A stretch of DNA of 64,000 bases, taken from an uncultured delta proteobacterium. Lineage in GTDB: Bacteria > Desulfobacterota > Binatia > Bin18. The stretch covers positions 35,713 to 99,712 of the forward strand of contig CAVTCR010000052.1 of assembly GCA_963733195.1 (NCBI GenBank), written 5' to 3'. This document shows, piece after piece, positions 42,851 to 52,643 of this stretch. Positions within the stretch are counted from its first letter, which is position 1. Each line of letters begins with the position of its first letter. The notes below the pieces were generated by a model. That model was given only the letters and a program-made list of their open reading frames with translations, did no database searches and was not told the origin of the DNA. Made by a program: the position numbers and the translations under genes.

Positions 42851-43001
42851 TCATGCTAGACTTGAATAGTAGGCTCTGTCGAGAAATGATCCCGATCGTG
42901 TAGGAGCCTGGGTATACGAGTCTCTAGGTTCACAGAATGTCAGCGGATAGAGGAACGCATGTGACGCGAACTTCCGTGAGTACGATGGAGAGAAGAAGGC
43001 G

Positions 43002-44684
43002 ATGAGTAAGACTGAAAAGCAGGGAGCGGGTCTTCTCAAGGAAAATGCACCTGTGCCACCGCATGAGACCGAAATTCATGGGGCCGAGACTCAAGCCCAA
43101 AAACTTGCTTCTGTACAAATACATTCTGACCAGTTCTATCGAACAATGGTGGAGCAGAGCTTAGGACTCATTTGTGCTCACGATTTCGATGGTAATTTGC
43201 TCTACGTCAATCCGGCTGCCGCTCAGGCCCTCGGCTATAGCACTAATGCGTGGAGGGGAAAAACCCTTCGCGATTTTCTTGCGCCGTCATTCCAGCCCCA
43301 TTTTGGCATGTATTTGCAGCGCATACGTCAGCACCGCTCTGATGAAGGCTTTATGCGTGTCATGACCACGACCGGTGAGCCTCGTCTGTGGCGCTACCAT
43401 AATGTCTGGTATGAAGAGGACGCGCGCCCGCTCTATGTCATTGGTTGTGCACAGGATGTGACTGAAGAAGTTCGCCTTCAGCGAGCACTGCGCAAGGCGC
43501 ACGATGAACTTGAGCTGCGCGTGCAAGAACGTACTACCGAACTCGCGCAGATGAATGCCGCCCTTCGTCAAAGCGAAGAGCGCTACCGCGGGTTGTTCGA
43601 GAATGCGAATGACATCATCGCTACCTTGACCATAGATGGGATCATTACCACCGTAAATCGTGCCGCCGAGGCCTTGTTGGGATGGTCACGCGCAGAGCTG
43701 GTCGGCCAGCACTTCCGAACGGTTACTACACCCGCCGCCGCAGCGCGAGTCGAAGACCGGACCCGGCGATTCCTTAACGGTGAGAAACTGAAGTCGAACC
43801 TAGAGGTAGAGGTTGTCCGTAAAAACGGCAGTGTGGTGTTGCTCGAGTGCCGGACCCGCACGATGTATGACAAAGACGGAAAACTAACCGGGGTGCAAGG
43901 AATTTTCCGCGATGTCACTGCGCGGAAACGGACGGAAGAGAGCTTACGCGACGCAAAAGAAACAGCCGAGCAAGCGGATCGGGCCAAGAGCGAATTTTTG
44001 TCACTCTTGAATCATGAATTGCGCACACCACTCAGTGTTATCCTTGGCTACCTCGATCTTTTTCTCGACGGGGCCTTTGGTCTTCCGAGTGAGGAACAAC
44101 GGACGATTCTGTACCGACTCCATGCTAATGCGTGCAGCGTGCTTGATCTCGTGAGCGATGGATTAAACCTTAACCGGCTCGAAGCCGGTCGCCTCGTCGT
44201 GGAACACACCGAAGTGGTGATCCCGGAATTGTTGCAAGCGATCGAAACAGAAACCTACGGAGTACGTGAGCTCTCTGGCTTACGCTTTACCTGGCCAGTA
44301 GATCGTGACCTGCCACCGCTGTCTTCAGACCCAGGAAAACTGAAAGTCGTGATCAAGAACCTTCTGAATAACGCGATCAAGTTCACCCCTACAGGAGAGA
44401 TCACAGTCGGGGCGCATTCTTGCGAAGGTGGGGTTGAGATTTACGTTAAGGATACTGGAATTGGCATTCCAGTGGACCAACAATCCGAGATCTTCGATGC
44501 TTTTCGGCAGGGAAGCACAGCAAACGTCCGTGGACTGATGGGCGTAGGCCTTGGGTTACATATCGTGAAGCGATTACTCGATCTCCTTGGTGGAACAATC
44601 AGTGTAGAGAGTGAAGTCGGAAAAGGCTCGACGTTTCGGGTGCATTTGCCACAACGGGTTCCTCGCACAAAAGTAATTGAATAA
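43002..44684 (+). CDS. PAS-PAS sensor histidine kinase with no adjacent response regulator
   Basis: Two PAS domains, HELRTPL, NAIKFT, DTGIGI and GLGL. Confidence 0.92.
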   Translation: MSKTEKQGAGLLKENAPVPPHETEIHGAETQAQKLASVQIHSDQFYRTMVEQSLGLICAHDFDGNLLYVNPAAAQALGYSTNAWRGKTLRDFLAPSFQPHFGMYLQRIRQHRSDEGFMRVMTTTGEPRLWRYHNVWYEEDARPLYVIGCAQDVTEEVRLQRALRKAHDELELRVQERTTELAQMNAALRQSEERYRGLFENANDIIATLTIDGIITTVNRAAEALLGWSRAELVGQHFRTVTTPAAAARVEDRTRRFLNGEKLKSNLEVEVVRKNGSVVLLECRTRTMYDKDGKLTGVQGIFRDVTARKRTEESLRDAKETAEQADRAKSEFLSLLNHELRTPLSVILGYLDLFLDGAFGLPSEEQRTILYRLHANACSVLDLVSDGLNLNRLEAGRLVVEHTEVVIPELLQAIETETYGVRELSGLRFTWPVDRDLPPLSSDPGKLKVVIKNLLNNAIKFTPTGEITVGAHSCEGGVEIYVKDTGIGIPVDQQSEIFDAFRQGSTANVRGLMGVGLGLHIVKRLLDLLGGTISVESEVGKGSTFRVHLPQRVPRTKVIE

Positions 44685-44783
44685 GCGACGGTATTTCTTT
44701 CTTCTCTTCTCCTTTCCATAATCTTGCGTCTGCGTGACAGGGTAGGCTATGGTGCCCGCACCATGCCTTTAAGGAGGGACATC

Positions 44784-45473
44784 ATGATTAAGTGTTTTGC
44801 TCTGTTGACGAAAAAAACAGGCACGAGCGACGAACATTTTCACAACCACTGGCGGACTACTCATGCTGATCTGGCCCTGCGGATCAAGAGCCTGCGGCGG
44901 TATGTACAAAGCCATCGGATTGCTGAGGCGAGCGCGAGTTTTGGCATTGCTCCGTTTCATGGTGCCGCTGAGGTGTGGTACGACGATCTCGCAACGGCTG
45001 TGGGCATGCGTACTAACCCACAATATCTCGAAGGGGCGTATGTGGATGAACTCAACTTTATTAACCAGCCAGAGTTAAAATGGCTCGCGACCAAAGAGAA
45101 CGTTGTTGTTGCTGGGCCAACAATTGCCAAAGATGCTCCACTAGTGAAAGGGCTTTTTTTAGTGAAGCGGAAACCTGGGCTGAGTGTCGCAGAGTTTCAG
45201 GATTACTGGCGCAATAAGCATGCACCATTGGTTCCGCGCACGCCGCATTTGATCCGCTATGTGCAATGTCACGTGTTGCCGGAAACCTATGAGTCTGAAT
45301 TTCCTCCGGCGTTCGACGGCGTAGCAGAACTCTGGTGGCCAGATTTGGCGAAGTTCAAAGAGTCGTGGGCATCGAAGGAAATCCAGGTCGAGCAACTCAC
45401 TGATGCAAAAGTATTCGTCGGTGATGAAACGCGCGCGTTTCTGGCACAGGAGAATCGCGTGATTTGGCCGTAA
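44784..45473 (+). CDS. Tandem EthD-domain protein
   Basis: Two repeats of F..HW...H..L...RYVQ.H...G.AE.W. Confidence 0.85.
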   Translation: MIKCFALLTKKTGTSDEHFHNHWRTTHADLALRIKSLRRYVQSHRIAEASASFGIAPFHGAAEVWYDDLATAVGMRTNPQYLEGAYVDELNFINQPELKWLATKENVVVAGPTIAKDAPLVKGLFLVKRKPGLSVAEFQDYWRNKHAPLVPRTPHLIRYVQCHVLPETYESEFPPAFDGVAELWWPDLAKFKESWASKEIQVEQLTDAKVFVGDETRAFLAQENRVIWP

Positions 45474-45504
45474 GTAGAAGTGCTTTCAGTGAAGGAGTAC
45501 CTGT

Positions 45505-46299
45505 ATGGGGCAACTACAAGGGAAAGTTGCGTTGATTACCGGCTCGGGTCGCGGGCAAGGACTCGCGGCAGCGAAGCGTTTTGCGGCGGAAGGTGCAAAG
45601 ATTGTCATTAACGACCTTGACGAACAATCGATCAACTCTGCGATTGCTGCTGTTCGTGCTGCTGGTGGTGAAGCAGTAGGTGCTGTTGGTGACGTGTCGA
45701 AAGCTGTGGATGTTCAACGTGTCCTTGCCGTTGCGAAAGACCAATGTGGCGGGATCGACATTCTTTATAATAATGCCGGTATTGGCTATTCCGCGAATAA
45801 ACGGTTTGGCGTTGCTATGACCGACATCTTGCATTGCAGCGAAGACGACTGGCGACGCATCCTTGATATTAACATTGGCGGTGTATTTCTTTTCTGTAAG
45901 TATGGCATTCCGCTGTTGATCGAGCGGGGTGGTGGAGTCATCATCAACACCGCGTCGATTGCGGCGCTGCGTGGTGCCGCAGATGCCCACGCCTACACCG
46001 CTACCAAAGGAGCGATCGTTGCCCTCACCCGTGCGATTGCAGTGACGTATGGGCCGAAAGGGATTCGTGCCAATACCATCTGCCCTGGGGTGATCGATAC
46101 TGAAATGATTCATGACACGTTGATCGCCCGTGACGAGATTCGCAAGGTGTTGGCACAAGCAACACCAGTCAATCGCATCGGGACTGCTGAGGATATTGCT
46201 GATGTTGCGCTCTTTTTAGCCAGCGATGCCTCACGGTTTATTACTGGCGAGGCACTGGCGGTTGATGGTGGATTGATTCAGCGAGTTGGTATTGGCTGA
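45505..46299 (+). CDS. SDR-family oxidoreductase
   Basis: TGSGRGQG, NNAG, YTATK and ICPG. Confidence 0.93.
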   Translation: MGQLQGKVALITGSGRGQGLAAAKRFAAEGAKIVINDLDEQSINSAIAAVRAAGGEAVGAVGDVSKAVDVQRVLAVAKDQCGGIDILYNNAGIGYSANKRFGVAMTDILHCSEDDWRRILDINIGGVFLFCKYGIPLLIERGGGVIINTASIAALRGAADAHAYTATKGAIVALTRAIAVTYGPKGIRANTICPGVIDTEMIHDTLIARDEIRKVLAQATPVNRIGTAEDIADVALFLASDASRFITGEALAVDGGLIQRVGIG

Positions 46300-46327
46300 G
46301 AGATGGCCTGAGAAGCTAAGCTCTCAA

Positions 46328-46435
46328 GTCATTGCGAGCGCAGCGAAGCAATCTTTGCCCGAAAAAGGGATTGCTTCGTTGCCGGAGCCTGTCCTGAGCG
46401 TAGCGCAGCGAAGTCGAAGGGCTCCTCGCAATGAC
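46328..46435. repeat. Nested REP element
   Basis: gtcattgcgag...ctcgcaatgac doublet enclosing cctgagcgtagcgcagcgaagtcgaagg. Confidence 0.8.
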
Positions 46436-46463
46436 AGCCCCCTTCACTTCTAAGGAGCTGATA

Positions 46464-47414
46464 ATGGACAACAATATGCTGCTCGATGTGTATAAGACCT
46501 CCGTCCTAGCGCGGCGGTTTGAATCACGGATTGTGCAGATGGCGATGGCAGGAGAACTGCCACCCAGTTTACATGCTGGGGCAGGACAAGAGATCTGCCA
46601 AGCTGCGGCTATCGCAGCGCTTGGGAAGGATGATTATGTGCTCTATGGTCACCGTGGGGTGGCATACATGATTGCGCGTGGAACACCCCTATCAGCCATT
46701 CTTGCTGACGTTGCAGGTAAGCAGGGCGGGACGAATAACGGCAAAGGCGGCGTCATGCATGTCGTCGACGTGCCGCGTGGCGTGCTAGGCGAGAGTGGAA
46801 CACTCGGTGGCGGTTTTGTCATCTCGGTAGGCGTGGGCATGGCGCTTAAACGTAAAATGCCGGGACGCGTCGTCGTCTATTTCTTTGGCGATGGAACTTC
46901 TAACCGTGGGACATTTCACGAATCTCTGAACTGGGCGACGGTACAAAAGCTGCCGTGCATCTATTTCTGCGAGAATAATGGATTCGCAGTGTCGATGCCG
47001 ACGAGTCGCTCGACCTCGGTCGAGAACATCGCCGATCGCGCGGCAGGTTATGGCGTACCTGGTGTGGTAGTTGACGGCACTGATCCTGTAGCTGTGTATG
47101 AAGTGATGCAGAAAGCAGTCGAACGAGCCCGCGCAGGCCAGGGGCCAACACTGGTCGAAGCAAAAGTGACACGCCTTATGGGTCACTACGTAGCCGACCA
47201 ACAACAGTACCGCGCAGATGCGTCAACGGTGTTGACCGCTAAAGATCCGCTGCCCAAATTTCAAGAGACACTACTGAAAGCTAGTATTCTGACGGAAGCA
47301 ATAGTGAAACAAATAGAGGAAGAGGTGCAGCGGCAGATTGAAGTGGCAGTAGCGACGGTGAAGGCTGCGGCACCGATTAAGCCGGAAGCGGCGTTGCAGG
47401 ATCTCTATGCGTAG
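46464..47414 (+). CDS. TPP-dependent dehydrogenase E1 alpha (acetoin/2-oxoacid family)
   Basis: GQE, GKGGVMH, GDGTSN...ENN and RLMGH. Confidence 0.93.
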   Translation: MDNNMLLDVYKTSVLARRFESRIVQMAMAGELPPSLHAGAGQEICQAAAIAALGKDDYVLYGHRGVAYMIARGTPLSAILADVAGKQGGTNNGKGGVMHVVDVPRGVLGESGTLGGGFVISVGVGMALKRKMPGRVVVYFFGDGTSNRGTFHESLNWATVQKLPCIYFCENNGFAVSMPTSRSTSVENIADRAAGYGVPGVVVDGTDPVAVYEVMQKAVERARAGQGPTLVEAKVTRLMGHYVADQQQYRADASTVLTAKDPLPKFQETLLKASILTEAIVKQIEEEVQRQIEVAVATVKAAAPIKPEAALQDLYA

Positions 47415-47458
47415 GTGCTGGGTGTTAGGGGCTAGGTGATTGGGGTTTGGAATAAAGA

Positions 47459-47850
47459 ATGGAACGAAAGGCGGCTATCAGAAGTTTTCGTGACCTGCGA
47501 GTATGGCAAGCGGCAATGGATTTGGTCGAGCAGGTCTATCTGCTAACCCGAACGTTTCCGAAGCACGAGATTACGGACTCGCAAGTCAGATGCAGCGGGC
47601 AGCCGTGTCAATTCCTTCGAATATTGCTGAAGGACATACGCGAGAATACACGCAAGGAGTATTTGCACCACTTCTCGATGGCCCGTGCGTCTCTTGCAGA
47701 ATTGGAAACGCAACTTGAAATTGCTGCTCGACTGCAAGTACTGCAATGTCAACCAACTTAAACGCCCTCATTGAACAAACGGATGCATTAGGGAAACAGC
47801 TCTCGATCCTACGAGAAGCACTTGCAAAGAATTCTCAACCCAGCACCTAA
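47459..47850 (+). CDS. Four-helix-bundle (23S rRNA IVP/bAvd-like) protein, frameshifted
   Basis: SFRDLRVWQAAMDL, FPKHE, QMQRAAVSIPSNIAEG and SLAELETQL. Confidence 0.9.
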
Positions 47851-47887
47851 CACCCCAACACCCAACACCCAGTGAGCGGAGCGAACT

Positions 47888-48859
47888 ATGCCAACAATCA
47901 CCTACAGCAGAGCCATTAACCAAGCCCTCGAAGAGGAGATGCGACGCGATGAAAATGTCATCCTCTACGGCCAGGATGTCGCCGTGTGGGGTGGAATCTT
48001 CAAAGTCACCGAAGGGCTACTAGAGAAATTTGGGTCAGAACGAGTGTTTGATACGCCGATCTCCGAGAACGTACTCGTCGGTGCCGGTGTCGGTGCGGCG
48101 ACCATGGGATTACGACCGGTCGTGGAATTGCAGTTTGCGGATTTTATTTTCACCGCTGGTGATGAAGTCTTTTTCAAAGCTGGCATGTGGCGATTCATGC
48201 ATGGCGGAGCGTTCAAAGTGCCATTGGTGGTTCGTTGTCCATCTGGTGGCTCGGGGTTTGGTCCAGAACATTCCGCTTGTCCAGAAGCATTTGTCATGCA
48301 CACTCCTGGCTTGCTGTGTGTCGTGCCGTCCACTCCCGAAGACGCAAAGGGGTTACTGAAAGCCGCCATCCGTTCTGACAATCCCGTCATGTATTTTGAG
48401 CACAAGTTACTCTACGCTATGCGTGGCGAGGTACCAGAAGGTGACTACACCACTCCTTTGGGGAAAGCTGTCGTGCGTCGTGCGGGGGATGCTGTCACGA
48501 TCGTTGCCTGGCAGGACATGCTCCGCCGTTCGCTCGCGGCCGCAGACCGCCTCAGTAAAGAGGGAATTGAGGTGGAGATCGTCGACCCGCGCACGCTCAA
48601 TCCGTTCGATCGTGACACGATTATCGACTCAGTGAAAAAGACCGGTGCGTGTATAGTGGTTGAAGAAGCCTATCGTACACTTGGAGTCGGCGCTGAGATC
48701 GGTGCGATGCTGGCTGAACATGCCTTGCCGTATCTCGATAAACCATTCAAACGGCTCGCTATTCCTGATGTGCCGCTTCCCACTGCGCAACAACTTGTCG
48801 ACTACGTCGTGCCCTCGGTTGATAACATCTATAAGGCGGTGAAAGATCTTGTCGGCTGA
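47888..48859 (+). CDS. E1 beta subunit
   Basis: DTPISE, LRPVVELQFADF, PEDAKGLL, FEHK and DPRTL. Confidence 0.94.
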   Translation: MPTITYSRAINQALEEEMRRDENVILYGQDVAVWGGIFKVTEGLLEKFGSERVFDTPISENVLVGAGVGAATMGLRPVVELQFADFIFTAGDEVFFKAGMWRFMHGGAFKVPLVVRCPSGGSGFGPEHSACPEAFVMHTPGLLCVVPSTPEDAKGLLKAAIRSDNPVMYFEHKLLYAMRGEVPEGDYTTPLGKAVVRRAGDAVTIVAWQDMLRRSLAAADRLSKEGIEVEIVDPRTLNPFDRDTIIDSVKKTGACIVVEEAYRTLGVGAEIGAMLAEHALPYLDKPFKRLAIPDVPLPTAQQLVDYVVPSVDNIYKAVKDLVG

Positions 48860-50000
48860 AATAACTGCAACTCCGAATACTCCCATCTTGATGCCGAAAC
48901 TCGGTCAGGCGATGACCGAGGGTACGGTTCAGCAGTGGCACCGAAAAGATGGTGAACGTGTCGAGCAGGGGCAGCTACTACTCACTATTGAGACTGACAA
49001 AGCGACGTTCGACATTGAAGCGCCTGCTAGCGGTATCGTACATATTCTTGTTCCGGAAGGACAAGAAGTGCGGATTGGTACCGTCATTGGTGAGATCGGC
49101 GATGCTGCTCCGAGCACGCAAACTGTGACGGTTGCTCCGTCAGGAGCGTCTACTTCAGTCACGACAAAAGTTCCAGTGCGGAGTAAGAAAGTTCTTGCTT
49201 CACCGAAAGCCAAACAACTTGCAGCTGAGCACAACATTGACCTTGCAAATGTGACTGCCTCCAGTACAGACGGTGTTATTTCAGCAACCGATGTTGAGAA
49301 AGCGATTGCTACCAAGACTGTAAGGGAGACTGCTTCTGCAGCGGAGAGCGTGGGGCGTGCTGTTCGTGAGCGCCGTCCACTTACTGGTATTCGTAAGACC
49401 ACTGCACGCCGCACACAAGAAGGCTGGCAAACTATTCCGCATATCGTGCAGATGGTCGATGTTGATGCAACGACGTTACTCGCGACACGCGCGCAACTGA
49501 AAGCCGAGATCCCTTCACTCACGATTAATGACCTCCTTCTGCTTGCCGCGGCGCAGGTCATAGCGGAACATCCCGAACTCAACGCCACCGTTGAAGGTGA
49601 AACGCTGGTACTCTACGACGGTGTGGATGTTGGTTTTGCAGCTGATACGCCGCGTGGCTTGGTCGTTCCAGTCGTTCGTCGTGCAGATAAATTGTCGGTA
49701 AAGGAGTTCGCAGCTGAGAGTGTTCGCTTAATCGAAGCCGCGCGCAATGGACGGTTAGGGTATGAGGATATTGGCAACGCAAGTCTGACGGTTTCTAACC
49801 TCGGGATGTTTGGTATTCGTTTCGGTACGCCGGTGATTAACCTTGGTGAACCGATCCTCGTGTTTGTCGGTGCGGTGGAAGATCGTCCTGTTGTCGATCA
49901 TGGACAGGTAGTGATCCGTCCGATGATGACGTTGAGTATTGCCTACGACCATCGGGTCACTGATGGTGTCGGTGCGGCGGCGTTCACGCGCGGAACTTAA
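48849..50000 (+). CDS. E2 dihydrolipoamide acyltransferase; probable frameshift at the 3' end
   Basis: Lipoyl motif ETDKA, ASPKAK binding domain, SNLG and DHRVTDG. Confidence 0.92.
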   Translation: MSAEITATPNTPILMPKLGQAMTEGTVQQWHRKDGERVEQGQLLLTIETDKATFDIEAPASGIVHILVPEGQEVRIGTVIGEIGDAAPSTQTVTVAPSGASTSVTTKVPVRSKKVLASPKAKQLAAEHNIDLANVTASSTDGVISATDVEKAIATKTVRETASAAESVGRAVRERRPLTGIRKTTARRTQEGWQTIPHIVQMVDVDATTLLATRAQLKAEIPSLTINDLLLLAAAQVIAEHPELNATVEGETLVLYDGVDVGFAADTPRGLVVPVVRRADKLSVKEFAAESVRLIEAARNGRLGYEDIGNASLTVSNLGMFGIRFGTPVINLGEPILVFVGAVEDRPVVDHGQVVIRPMMTLSIAYDHRVTDGVGAAAFTRGT

Positions 50001-50097
50001 AGAACATCTAGAGTCCAGCGTCCAAGGTCAGGAAGAAAATCAGAAGTCCAAAAGCAAAGTCAAATAACTCCCCAACTCCTAGCCCCTAGCTCCCTGA

Positions 50098-50523
50098 GGT
50101 CCGCAAGAGAAACGCGAGATTCGTACCGTATCTGACGATAGTGGCTATGCCGTCCACGTACGCAGCCTTGGCCACACCTGGTCGCTCGACGAACCGACCA
50201 GCGACGGTGGGACTGATACCGGACCTGATCCAGTATCCGCATTTCTTGGCGCTTTGCTATCGTGCATGACGATTTCTTTTAAAGCGGCTGCACGTCGGCG
50301 CAAAATTACCGTCGAGCGTATCACTGGACGTGTGCAAGCCAATGCTCAAGGCCATGTAAAGAGCATCGCAATGACGCTCGAGGTCTGGAGTCCTGACCCA
50401 GAAGAAAACGTTCGCGCACTTTTAGACTTGGCGAAACGTGGATGTTATGTCAGTGGCATCTTGAAGCCGGAGATTGAGTTTGGAATTCAGTTATTAGTAA
50501 ACGGAGTGACAGGAAAATTGTAG
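50098..50523 (+). CDS. OsmC/Ohr-family domain with no start codon, possibly the C-terminal domain of E2
   Basis: Frame open from 50098: HTWSLDEPTSDGGTDTGPDPVSAFLGALLSC...AKRGCYVSGIL. Confidence 0.8.
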   Translation, partial: GPQEKREIRTVSDDSGYAVHVRSLGHTWSLDEPTSDGGTDTGPDPVSAFLGALLSCMTISFKAAARRRKITVERITGRVQANAQGHVKSIAMTLEVWSPDPEENVRALLDLAKRGCYVSGILKPEIEFGIQLLVNGVTGKL

Positions 50524-50552
50524 AGTGACTGGCGAAGGGATAGCCTAGGTTT

Positions 50553-50695
50553 CCCTTCGCCCTTCGACTTCGCCGCTGCCGCGGCTACATTCAAGGTGCG
50601 CGGAAATGGAACTTCGAGGGAAGAGCAACCCTCCGTTCGTGCTGAGCCCTTCGCCAAGCTCAGGATAAACTACGCGAAGCGAAGACGAAGCACCG
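50553..50695. repeat. REP cluster between convergent genes
   Basis: cccttcgacttcg... and ccgttcgtgctgag...ctcaggataaactacgcg, the same family as 38365-38497. Confidence 0.7.
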
Positions 50696-50706
50696 GGACG
50701 AAAGAA

Positions 50707-51636
50707 TTACTTGGCAAACGCCTTCCGCAACGCAGTGGCAGCCTCTTCCAGCGCTTTCCGCGCTGGTTCCACGGCTTTCTGCATGCCCATGAACCCGTGT
50801 ATGAGTCCCTCGTAACATTTGTATTCAACCGGGATCCCCGCCTCGCGCAGCTTCGTCGCGTAGGCTGCACCTTCATCACGTAACGGATCGAATTCAGCAG
50901 TGGAGATTGCTGCCGGGGCGACACCTTGGAGACGTTTCGCTCGTAAAGGCGAGGCCAGTGGGTTTTCACTATCTGTTTTATCGCGCAGATAATGATCCCA
51001 GAACCAGCCCATCATTTCAGTCGTGAGAAAGTATCCTTCTGCGTTCTCTCGACTCGAAGGAAGATTGGCATTGCGGTCTATGACTGGATAGAGCAAGAGC
51101 TGTAATGCAAGCGACGGCGCCCCTCGCTCTTGTGCCATGAGAGCAACTGCCGCCGCGAGGTTGGCTCCGGCACTTTCGCCCCCAACGGCAATGCGTTGTG
51201 GATCACCGTGGATAGAGGCTGCATTCAGGGCTGTCCATGTCGTTGCTGCGTAGCAGTCGTCGGGCGCTGCTGGGAACTTATGCTCGGGGGCGAGACGGTA
51301 ATCAACCGACACGGTAATGCAATTAGCTAGATTCGTCAGCGAACGACACGAGGCGTCTACAGTCTCGATACTGCCTACGACCCAACCGCCACCGTGGAAG
51401 TATACGAGTAGGGGAAAGGGGCCGCGTCCATTGGGTGAGTAGATACGAGTCGGAATGTCGCCGCCCGGACCTTTGATCGTGCGATCTTCGACTTTACCGA
51501 CAGGCTCGATATCTCCTTTGTTAGCTCGCATCGCTAAGATCTGCTCGCGTGCCTGTTGGGGAGAAAGATGGTGCATGGGTGGCCCGGCTTTGGTCATGAG
51601 ATCCAAGACGACTTTGACTTGTGGATGGAGTGGCAT
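50707..51636 (-). CDS. HSL-family esterase/lipase
   Basis: HGGGW, YRLAPEH, GESAG, DPLRDEG and HGF. Confidence 0.94.
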   Translation of the reverse strand: MPLHPQVKVVLDLMTKAGPPMHHLSPQQAREQILAMRANKGDIEPVGKVEDRTIKGPGGDIPTRIYSPNGRGPFPLLVYFHGGGWVVGSIETVDASCRSLTNLANCITVSVDYRLAPEHKFPAAPDDCYAATTWTALNAASIHGDPQRIAVGGESAGANLAAAVALMAQERGAPSLALQLLLYPVIDRNANLPSSRENAEGYFLTTEMMGWFWDHYLRDKTDSENPLASPLRAKRLQGVAPAAISTAEFDPLRDEGAAYATKLREAGIPVEYKCYEGLIHGFMGMQKAVEPARKALEEAATALRKAFAK

Positions 51637-51694
51637 AAGAAGCTCCTTTACTTGTGATAACCCTCACCCTAGCCCTCTCCCGGTGGAGAAGGGA

Positions 51695-52486
51695 TTACGC
51701 TTGCAAAAAGCTACGCACGAGATGAACAAACTGTTCGGGCTTTTCGAGATGCGGATGGTGCCCACATTGTGGCAAAACTTCTAGCCGTGCACCACGAATC
51801 GCTTGCTGATACCGTTCACCACATTCGAGTGGCATAATCCGATCGTCCTTTCCCCATACAATTAACGTGGGAACGTGCAATCGTGGCAGCAGATATGGCA
51901 GGCTACGATCATACATGTACGGTTTCCAACAGTAGCGAACCGCATTTTCTTGATTCTGTACAAGGACCTCGCGTTCTTCACGCGATGGTTTGCGACCGAA
52001 CAGCTCCTCGTATTCAGGAATCTTCTTCAGGTCGAAGAAAGCCATCTGTCGCGTACCGTCTTGACCATGCAGAAAAATATCGGCGATCTCTGCGTGCTGA
52101 GGTTGGATGCCAGCGGCATCAACCAGGACCAGACGATCGACAAGCTGCGGACACATCACTGCCATTTCTGCCGCCAGCCAGCCTCCCATTGAGTGACCGA
52201 GCAGCGATACTTTCTGCAGATCAAGTTCTTGCAGCAACCACAAAGAAAAGCGCGACAGATCAGTGAAACTCTCCAGCCACGCAGGGCGTTGTGACTGATC
52301 GAAGCCGGGCAGGCTCGGGACATAGACAGTAAAGTGTTCTGCGAGCTGACGATGATACGCCCGCCAACCAAGGCTTCCCTCCACACTATGGAGAATCACC
52401 AGCGGTTTTCCTTGCCCAGCCTTGCGCAAATGAATTTTTGTTCCAGCAACTTCAATGAACTGTTCATGAGGGTCAGTCGTTGGCAT
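51695..52486 (-). CDS. Alpha/beta hydrolase
   Basis: GHSMGG, WGKDD and GHHPHLE; likely ATG 52486. Confidence 0.9.
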   Translation of the reverse strand: MPTTDPHEQFIEVAGTKIHLRKAGQGKPLVILHSVEGSLGWRAYHRQLAEHFTVYVPSLPGFDQSQRPAWLESFTDLSRFSLWLLQELDLQKVSLLGHSMGGWLAAEMAVMCPQLVDRLVLVDAAGIQPQHAEIADIFLHGQDGTRQMAFFDLKKIPEYEELFGRKPSREEREVLVQNQENAVRYCWKPYMYDRSLPYLLPRLHVPTLIVWGKDDRIMPLECGERYQQAIRGARLEVLPQCGHHPHLEKPEQFVHLVRSFLQA

Positions 52487-52643
52487 AAAAGATATCCTTT
52501 TCAAATACGGGTTCCCTCGTCCATCGGGAGAGCTAGTACTTGCGTAACGGAGGAGGACAGGGTGAGGGAAGATAAAAAACGAAACTCGCGACTGCATCGT
52601 AAAGCGTGATACGCGGAGACAAAACAAGTCTGTTAACAGTGAA

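Noticed and set aside
47459-47850. Diversity-generating retroelement (Avd-like gene plus similar cyclase 3' ends as TR/VR)
   Set aside because: No reverse transcriptase in the window, and differences between the cyclase paralogs are not adenine-specific
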